A stretch of 4,104 bases of DNA, from IMG/VR virus record IMGVR_UViG_2778261572_000005, positions 1 through 4,104 of that record; one strand, given 5' to 3'. Both the position numbers and the translations under genes were made by a program. The notes beneath the pieces are model-generated. The model made no database searches. It had not been told where the DNA came from and worked only from the letters and a program-made list of their open reading frames with translations. Below, one piece after another: positions 1-4,104 of this stretch. The DNA is from a virus. Lineage: Duplodnaviria > Heunggongvirae > Uroviricota > Caudoviricetes. Numbering within the stretch: position 1 is the first letter of the stretch; each line of letters opens with the position of its first letter.

Positions 1-1
1 G

Positions 2-361
2 CACATCAAACGCGTAGGCCGCAATTTCCGGGCGGCTGTCAGGACCATAAAAACGAACGTAACGTTTGAGTGAACCAGAAGCCCGGTATTCGCCGGATAT
101 GTAACACTCGACACCGAAGGCTTTACAGACCAGGTCACACAGGATGTGCATATAACGCGGCGGTGTACTGGCGTCACTCGGCGCACCCGCGCTGGCAGCT
201 TCCTGAATGTCGAACAATTCAGCGTCGTTTTCGCTGATGCCATGCTGGCGCATATAAGCCTGGGCTTTTGCAATAGCGTTAGCGGCTTCTTCCGGGCTTG
301 ATGTCCCTCTGGCAAGGCGTAACAGTTTTTTGATTTTGGCGATGTATTTATTTTTGCTCAT
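2..361 (-). CDS. Partial CDS (N-terminal 120 codons; 3' end lies beyond window position 1), DUF2786-like protein
   Basis: ATG at 361..359 preceded by SD-like GAGGGAG (minus-strand ...GAGGGAGTAGACA-ATG). Hand translation gives MSKNKYIAKIKKLLRLARGTSSPEEAANAIAKAQAYMRQHGISENDAELFDIQEAASAGAPSDASTPPRYMHILCDLVCKAFGVECYISGEYRASGSLKRYVRFYGPDSRPEIAAYAFDV with no stop to the window edge. Not in the ORF track because it is open-ended. The N-terminal K-I-K-K-L-L-x-L-A pattern followed by EEA/AKAQ resembles DUF2786 proteins as I recall them; assignment from memory, not a search. Confidence 0.6.
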   Translation of the reverse strand, partial: MSKNKYIAKIKKLLRLARGTSSPEEAANAIAKAQAYMRQHGISENDAELFDIQEAASAGAPSDASTPPRYMHILCDLVCKAFGVECYISGEYRASGSLKRYVRFYGPDSRPEIAAYAFDV

Positions 362-713
362 TGTCTACTCCCTCTAACAACGTGGTGATGAAATGTCCAG
401 CCATTACTCCGGCATCACGATAAGCGCATCGTGTTTTGCTTTCTGATTGTTTACGCCGGGGAACGGAATAAGCTGATGCAAACATCTCCGCCCTGAATTG
501 CTGCATTGTCAGGACTTTCAATTGCAGGAGACGCTCTTCATCGCTGCATACTGTGCTCATTAATCCATCAAGGATGACATTAAAAGCCCGGTATACCGGG
601 TCATCTTTTGTTCGTTTTGTCAGGGCCACAGCACTGATTATTGACAATGCGCGCTCAAGCTTTTTCAGCTCTGAATTTGGCCATTCAACAGGTGACCAGA
701 CTTTATCTTTCAT
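348..713 (-). CDS. Hypothetical protein, 121 aa from the ATG (MKDKVWSPVEW...); first 6 codons identical to the upstream neighbour
   Basis: ORF track 348..719; the track start is a TTG, but the ATG at 713..711 has a well-spaced SD (AAGGGG, 8 nt upstream), so I call the start there. Stop overlaps the next gene's start by 14 nt (operon-style packing). No recognisable family. Confidence 0.6.
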   Translation of the reverse strand: MKDKVWSPVEWPNSELKKLERALSIISAVALTKRTKDDPVYRAFNVILDGLMSTVCSDEERLLQLKVLTMQQFRAEMFASAYSVPRRKQSESKTRCAYRDAGVMAGHFITTLLEGVDNEQK

Positions 714-763
714 ATACAAATCCCCTTAATTCAGGCGTAAGCCAGCCCCGGCGGGTTTACGCC
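696..763. repeat. 68-bp perfect direct repeat, copy 1 (partner at 1309..1376)
   Basis: CCAGACTTTATCTTTCATATACAAATCCCCTTAATTCAGGCGTAAGCCAGCCCCGGCGGGTTTACGCC is identical at both sites (offset 613 bp), checked base by base. On the minus strand it contains a GC-rich stem, the SD AAGGGG, the ATG and the codons for MKDKVW. Confidence 0.95.
734..763 (-). promoter_or_regulatory. Predicted RNA stem-loop in the 5' leader of the 121-aa gene (7-bp stem GGCGUAA/UUACGCC, GC-rich 16-nt loop), about 20 nt upstream of the SD
   Basis: Minus-strand transcript: GGCGUAA-ACCCGCCGGGGCUGGC-UUACGCC then UGAAUUAAGGGGAUUUGUAU-AUG. The U-rich tract lies 5' of the stem, not 3', so it is not a canonical intrinsic terminator. 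Function inferred, not demonstrated. Confidence 0.35.
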
Positions 764-792
764 ATATACAAATAAAATTAAAAACAGACTTA

Positions 793-1326
793 TTAACTAC
801 GACGTTTAGCTTTCCGGTAATGACGGTCAACAGACTTAACGAACGCCTTCACATCACGGGCAATCAAATCCAGCGGATAATATTCATCCAGCAGTTCCAT
901 TCCGCTGAATCGAATCTGAAAAAAATCAGGCTTATCTTTATATGACTCCATCAGGCCAATAAACCGCAGCTGACGCGGGAGGGATTCCTGCACACCTGAA
1001 ATAGTGAGCAAATCATCTTCAAGGATGTATCCGAGGTTTTCCATACCCTCGCTACATATTCTTGTCAGCATGTTCCGTGTCGCGAGGTACAGTGCCACCG
1101 TGTCATTCGCCATCATGGCGAACAAATCCCCCTGAATATAAGCCCCCTTACTGGCCACAGCATTTCCGGCAATCTGCGCATCAAGTACCACATGCATAAA
1201 ATCGGCAGGTGCTCCCAGATGGCCCAGCAATGATGACGCCCATAACGTTACATTGGTTAACTTCTCAGATGAACGGGTAGCAAAACCTTCAGGAGTAACA
1301 ATAAAATCCCAGACTTTATCTTTCAT
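793..1326 (-). CDS. Hypothetical protein, 177 aa from the ATG (MKDKVWDFIVTPEGF...)
   Basis: ORF track 793..1332; ATG at 1326..1324 with the same SD and leader as the 348..713 gene because both sit inside the 68-bp repeat. Stop TAA at 795..793. The body is unrelated to the downstream paralogous start. No recognisable family. Confidence 0.6.
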   Translation of the reverse strand: MKDKVWDFIVTPEGFATRSSEKLTNVTLWASSLLGHLGAPADFMHVVLDAQIAGNAVASKGAYIQGDLFAMMANDTVALYLATRNMLTRICSEGMENLGYILEDDLLTISGVQESLPRQLRFIGLMESYKDKPDFFQIRFSGMELLDEYYPLDLIARDVKAFVKSVDRHYRKAKRRS

Positions 1327-1376
1327 ATACAAATCCCCTTAATTCAGGCGTAAGCCAGCCCCGGCGGGTTTACGCC
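1309..1376. repeat. 68-bp perfect direct repeat, copy 2 (partner at 696..763)
   Basis: Identical 68-mer; includes the start region of the 177-aa gene. The AT-rich sequence 5' of each copy (minus strand) is also similar but degenerate (GTTTTTAATT in both). Confidence 0.95.
1347..1376 (-). promoter_or_regulatory. Predicted RNA stem-loop in the 5' leader of the 177-aa gene (same element as 734..763)
   Basis: Same sequence as the 734..763 hairpin; sits between the stop of the 63-aa gene (1408) and the SD/ATG at 1326. Confidence 0.35.
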
Positions 1377-1407
1377 TGTTTTAAATAACAATTAAAAACA
1401 AATTAAA

Positions 1408-1599
1408 TTAATGCGGTGCTTTCAGTGTTTCGACTTTTACGAAATAAGGCTCGACATTAATTTCAACCACACAACCACATTTAAAATCTCTGGCTGGCGC
1501 AACAGTTTTCACCACACGACCACAACCAAACACTGCGCTGTCGGTATGTGTAAAACGAGTCCCCACCGGATATAGCTGATTAAAGTTCTTCGCGTTCAT
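1408..1599 (-). CDS. Hypothetical small protein, 63 aa
   Basis: ATG at 1599..1597 preceded by GGAGG (7-nt spacer); stop TAA at 1410..1408. Overlaps the 3' end of the upstream gene by 20 nt. No recognisable family. Confidence 0.5.
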   Translation of the reverse strand: MNAKNFNQLYPVGTRFTHTDSAVFGCGRVVKTVAPARDFKCGCVVEINVEPYFVKVETLKAPH

Positions 1600-1813
1600 G
1601 AGGCGGCCTCCATCCTTTCAGGTGAGCATTGGCACAGAACTGTGCCCGGTGTTCAGCCCAGATGCGGCGCAGGGTGCTACACGGGCTTTGCGCTGCCTTA
1701 CGCCACAGTTTTTCAGCCTCAGCATAATCGCCGCGTTGTTCTGCTCTGGACGCGCCCAGCGAATACGCCGCGCAACTATTTCCGGCTCTGTACTCTTTGA
1801 TATCCTGATGCAT
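1580..1813 (-). CDS. Hypothetical small protein, 77 aa from the internal ATG (MHQDIKEYRAGNS...); weak resemblance to ANR-type small regulators (tentative)
   Basis: The track ORF (1580..1903) begins inside the upstream gene. The ATG at 1813..1811 lies 1 nt after that gene's TAA (TAA-C-ATG) with a GGGG SD about 7 nt upstream, so I call the start there. The W/R/C-containing helical stretch (EKLWRKAAQ...RRIWAEHRAQFC) recalls ANR-family small proteins; low confidence, from memory. Confidence 0.45.
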   Translation of the reverse strand: MHQDIKEYRAGNSCAAYSLGASRAEQRGDYAEAEKLWRKAAQSPCSTLRRIWAEHRAQFCANAHLKGWRPPHEREEL

Positions 1814-1814
1814 G

Positions 1815-2459
1815 TTAAACCCCTGCAATATCCAGCGGGATTGCGCGGTATTCATCAGAATCACCGACGCGCTCATACACGCGGATATAGCTTTTGCTGC
1901 CAATCACCTGGACCGCTTCGCCAATCAGCGTCATGGCGTTATTCCAGCGTTCGTCCTCAATTTCAAGGCGACGCAAGGCCAGAACGCGCCCGGTGTTAAT
2001 GTTGCCTTCCTTGTCCGTGCTGAATGCCTCGCTGATGATGGCTTTGATTTCAGGGCGTGCACCTTCCGTCCAGTCAGCCAGGCAATCATCAATCAGCGAC
2101 TTCGCGGTCTGAATGCGTTCATCAAACGCAATACGGTCCTGCATGGCGCGCTGAATCTTGTAACGCCCGTCAAAGCTGTAAAGCGTGATATTCCCTTTTT
2201 TACCGCCTTTCACAGCGCCGTATTTCTCCGCCGACAGGTCAATAAACGCCTGAATATCACCAAACGCACGCAGTTTCAGTTCACGCAGTGAGGCAGAGGC
2301 AGCAATCACCATCTCCACAAGCTCACCGACCAGCTGCTCACGGTCGCGGTCAATATCTTTGATAAGGCTTTCAGGTGTCATTACGCCACGGGCATCCACC
2401 CAGTAACCTTCAGGCGCTTGAGTTTTCGTGTATTGCTTAACTTTATTTTCAGTCGTCAT
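1815..2459 (-). CDS. DUF3164-family protein (conserved hypothetical of Mu-like transposable phages), 214 aa
   Basis: Complete ORF, ATG at 2459..2457 with GAGG upstream. Motifs GGKKGN, SFDGRY, FDER and RVYER match my recollection of DUF3164 proteins found next to B in Mu-like prophages; not verified by search. Confidence 0.7.
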   Translation of the reverse strand: MTTENKVKQYTKTQAPEGYWVDARGVMTPESLIKDIDRDREQLVGELVEMVIAASASLRELKLRAFGDIQAFIDLSAEKYGAVKGGKKGNITLYSFDGRYKIQRAMQDRIAFDERIQTAKSLIDDCLADWTEGARPEIKAIISEAFSTDKEGNINTGRVLALRRLEIEDERWNNAMTLIGEAVQVIGSKSYIRVYERVGDSDEYRAIPLDIAGV

Positions 2460-2488
2460 AATTAAATTACCTCAGTGATATTTACAGA

Positions 2489-2704
2489 TTAATTTGTGTT
2501 ATGTGCGCGAGGCGCAACGTTTTCAGAAAAAATATTCACGCCGTTGTAGTCATTTCTCAGTGCTTCCTTGATAACATCATGTAATCCTGTTGCCACCTGA
2601 AACTCCCTTTCGGAAGTGCCGTCCTCCAAATAACTTCCTGTAATCTGGGTTAAAACCCTGCCTTTTTCATTGGTATAGATAATTACTTCTAATTTAACCG
2701 CCAT
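2489..2704 (-). CDS. Hypothetical small protein, 71 aa
   Basis: ATG at 2704..2702 with a good SD (AGAGGAA, about 7-nt spacer); stop TAA at 2491..2489. Sequence looks globular (MAVKLEVIIYTNEKGRVLTQITGSY...). No recognisable family. Confidence 0.55.
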   Translation of the reverse strand: MAVKLEVIIYTNEKGRVLTQITGSYLEDGTSEREFQVATGLHDVIKEALRNDYNGVNIFSENVAPRAHNTN

Positions 2705-2716
2705 TCTGATTTCCTC

Positions 2717-2941
2717 TCATTGCCATACGACGGTACAGCCGTCGATACAGGACGTTTTCACCACACGGCGCAGGCCGCTGAATGTCTGGACGATTTCCGT
2801 TACCGGCCATACCGGACCGCCAGCAGGTGGGCAGGCATAAACCACAGGTAAACGGTGATGTTGCCACGTTACACGACCGCCAGTGGTGTGGATGGCCACA
2901 CGGGCACGGGAACGGACGGCGTTAATGGTCTGCTTGTCCAT
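2717..2941 (-). CDS. Hypothetical small protein, about 74 aa (MDKQTINAVRSRARV...); start uncertain (alternative ATG at 2956)
   Basis: The track ORF (2717..3034) begins with a non-ATG start inside the upstream gene's tail. In-frame ATGs at 2956 and 2941; the one at 2941 has GGAG 9 nt upstream. Only long ORF on either strand in this interval. Confidence 0.45.
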   Translation of the reverse strand: MDKQTINAVRSRARVAIHTTGGRVTWQHHRLPVVYACPPAGGPVWPVTEIVQTFSGLRRVVKTSCIDGCTVVWQ

Positions 2942-2955
2942 CGTCTTGTTCTCCA

Positions 2956-2977
2956 TCAGTGAATTAACATTTCTGCG
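2956..2977. repeat. 22-bp perfect direct repeat, copy 1 (partner at 3329..3350); intergenic relic of the B-gene 3' end
   Basis: TCAGTGAATTAACATTTCTGCG at both sites. On the minus strand it reads CGCAGAAATGTTAATTCACTGA, which at 3329..3350 encodes the B C-terminus (A)EMLIH-stop. At 2956..2977 the same frame is closed by a TAA just upstream, so it is non-coding there. Confidence 0.9.
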
Positions 2978-2982
2978 CTGCA

Positions 2983-3315
2983 TTATCTGAGTGCAAACGC
3001 AAGTCGTGGCTGATAACGGGGAAGGCGGGCACACATACGCGCAAGACGATAAGCCCGACGAAATCCCTGTAAATTCTGCTCAAAAGGAATAATCATTAAT
3101 CGCGCACAGCATTCATCAACGTCCCAGTCATCGCTGGTATTTCCGGTTCCATTGATTTCTCTTTCCCGGGAATACAAATCAATGCGCAGTTCACCCGGCA
3201 CGAAGCAATCAACAAACGGAATAATTTCACCAGGGGTCCCATTAGAATAAATACAACCATTACGACTGATATTCCGTAGCGCTTTAATTTCTTTTCTGAC
3301 GACAACCTGTTCCAT
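2983..3315 (-). CDS. Hypothetical protein, 110 aa, immediately downstream of the B-like gene and bracketed by the 22-bp repeats
   Basis: ATG at 3315..3313, 13 nt after the B stop, with AAAGG/AGG upstream. The C-terminal 30 residues are Arg-rich, so the true 3' end is uncertain. A nested 69-aa ORF (3096..3305, TTG start) is an alternative reading. Confidence 0.45.
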   Translation of the reverse strand: MEQVVVRKEIKALRNISRNGCIYSNGTPGEIIPFVDCFVPGELRIDLYSREREINGTGNTSDDWDVDECCARLMIIPFEQNLQGFRRAYRLARMCARLPRYQPRLAFALR

Positions 3316-3328
3316 ACCTGGCCTTTAC

Positions 3329-3350
3329 TCAGTGAATTAACATTTCTGCG
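3329..3350. repeat. 22-bp perfect direct repeat, copy 2 (partner at 2956..2977); overlaps the last 7 codons and stop of the B-like gene
   Basis: Identical 22-mer, offset 373 bp from copy 1. Confidence 0.9.
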
Positions 3351-4093
3351 AATTTATCAATGGCCTGCACACTGACCGGTGCATCGCTGATATCACAAAT
3401 CCGGTACACACCGCGCGCCAGTTTGAACAGGCGGCGGGCATTACCCAGTGAGCGTGCGTAGAGCGCCTCGCTGATTTCCGGTTCTGCTGCTTCCGGCATC
3501 AGCCCGGTAGCTATCTGGTTAAAATCTTCCTGCGACAGCGTATCGCCCAGGTTAAGCGCCAGCGCCACACGGCTGTATAACTGGGCGAACTCACCGCGAC
3601 GTCCCTTGAGGTTAATCAGAAGGCGTGGCATACCCGCCAGGACAATCCCGATACCCGCTTTGTCATGCAGACGGCGCAGAACCTCCAGTGCGCGATAGGG
3701 GAGCAGTTCAGCCTCGTCCACCATCAGCAGGCGACCGGAATCACGCAGTTCTCGCACACATGCATCAATCAGTTCGTGGATATTGCCGCGAACTTTTACC
3801 CCCAGCTGGCGGCACAGCTCCTCAAGCAGTGTTCTGGCTGTATAGCCCGGGTCGGCTTCAATCAGGACCGCATCCCGGTTTCTGCGGGCGTATTCACGCA
3901 GAATCATTGTTTTGCCAAGACCTGCCGCGCCATACAGTACGCAGATTTCACATTCCAGATGAGCATAGGCCAACACCTCCAGTCCTTTGGCAGCCATACC
4001 GGTGGCAACAAATTTCGCTTTAATACGGCGGCTATTTTCCTTTTCCCGCTCACGGGTCACAAAGGCAGAAATGCGTTCTTCAATATCAGCCAT
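3329..4093 (-). CDS. MuB/TniB-like AAA+ ATPase (DNA transposition protein B-like), 254 aa as drawn; 5' end may extend beyond the window
   Basis: Walker A GAAGLGKT (nt 3908..3931) and Walker B LLMVDEAE (nt 3707..3730). Overall pattern resembles Mu B / TniB-type transposition ATPases. ATG at 4093 is preceded by AGGG, but the frame stays open to the window edge at 4104. Confidence 0.85.
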   Translation of the reverse strand: MADIEERISAFVTREREKENSRRIKAKFVATGMAAKGLEVLAYAHLECEICVLYGAAGLGKTMILREYARRNRDAVLIEADPGYTARTLLEELCRQLGVKVRGNIHELIDACVRELRDSGRLLMVDEAELLPYRALEVLRRLHDKAGIGIVLAGMPRLLINLKGRRGEFAQLYSRVALALNLGDTLSQEDFNQIATGLMPEAAEPEISEALYARSLGNARRLFKLARGVYRICDISDAPVSVQAIDKFAEMLIH

Positions 4094-4104
4094 ATCGCCC
4101 TGAT

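Noticed and set aside
734-763. GC-rich hairpin as a rho-independent terminator
   Set aside because: On the gene (minus) strand the U-rich tract precedes the stem rather than following it; on the plus strand the stem is followed by an A-rich tract. Neither orientation matches an intrinsic terminator, and an SD and start codon follow immediately.
763-773. Second copy of ATTTGTATATG just 5' of the hairpin (copy-1 region), forming a 2-codon mini-ORF (ATG GCG TAA)
   Set aside because: It has no SD of its own and is too short to interpret; probably a small local duplication, noted only as a possible trace of junction rearrangement.
714-1332. TTG starts given by the ORF track for the two MKDKVW genes (719 and 1332)
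   Set aside because: An ATG two codons downstream in each case has a properly spaced AAGGGG SD; the TTG would put the SD only 2 nt from the start.
1408-1813. Overlapping small genes (63 aa and 77 aa) as a toxin-antitoxin pair
   Set aside because: Small overlapping genes are the norm throughout this operon. Neither protein shows a recognisable toxin or antitoxin fold or motif, so there is no specific support.
1598-2291. Plus-strand ORFs 1598..1999 (133 aa), 1812..2291 (159 aa) and 1894..2112 (72 aa)
   Set aside because: They lie antisense to well-supported minus-strand genes (DUF3164 and neighbours), have Arg/Pro/Ser-rich low-complexity translations typical of antisense frames, have no convincing SD, and run against the operon direction.
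696-3350. Direct repeats as a CRISPR array
   Set aside because: Only two copies of each repeat, with intervening segments of 545 bp and 351 bp, far longer than spacers. The repeats contain start or stop codons of protein genes and there is no repeat-spacer periodicity.
2956-3350. 22-bp repeats as target-site duplications of a transposable element
   Set aside because: No transposase and no terminal inverted repeats lie between them. 22 bp is longer than typical target-site duplications, and one copy is the native 3' end of the B gene.
3625-4023. Plus-strand ORF of 132 aa antisense to the B-like ATPase
   Set aside because: It lies entirely inside the ATPase gene, which has clear Walker A/B motifs; the translation is Pro/Arg/Gly-rich and looks like an antisense artefact.

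Overview
The window reads as one densely packed, co-directional operon on the minus strand that resembles the early ('semi-essential') region of a Mu-like transposable prophage. It runs from a MuB/TniB-type AAA+ ATPase (3329..4093) through eight small genes to a partial DUF2786-like gene that leaves the window at position 1. Family assignments are from motif recognition and memory only; no search was run. The most notable signals are two sets of perfect direct repeats at gene boundaries. A 68-bp repeat (696..763 and 1309..1376) carries a GC-rich hairpin, a Shine-Dalgarno (SD) site and the first six codons (MKDKVW) of two adjacent but otherwise unrelated genes. A 22-bp repeat (2956..2977 and 3329..3350) duplicates the 3' end of the B-like gene and brackets a 110-aa gene. 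Both look like module-exchange junctions flanking cargo genes of unknown function. No rRNA, tRNA, CRISPR array or insertion sequence is evident.
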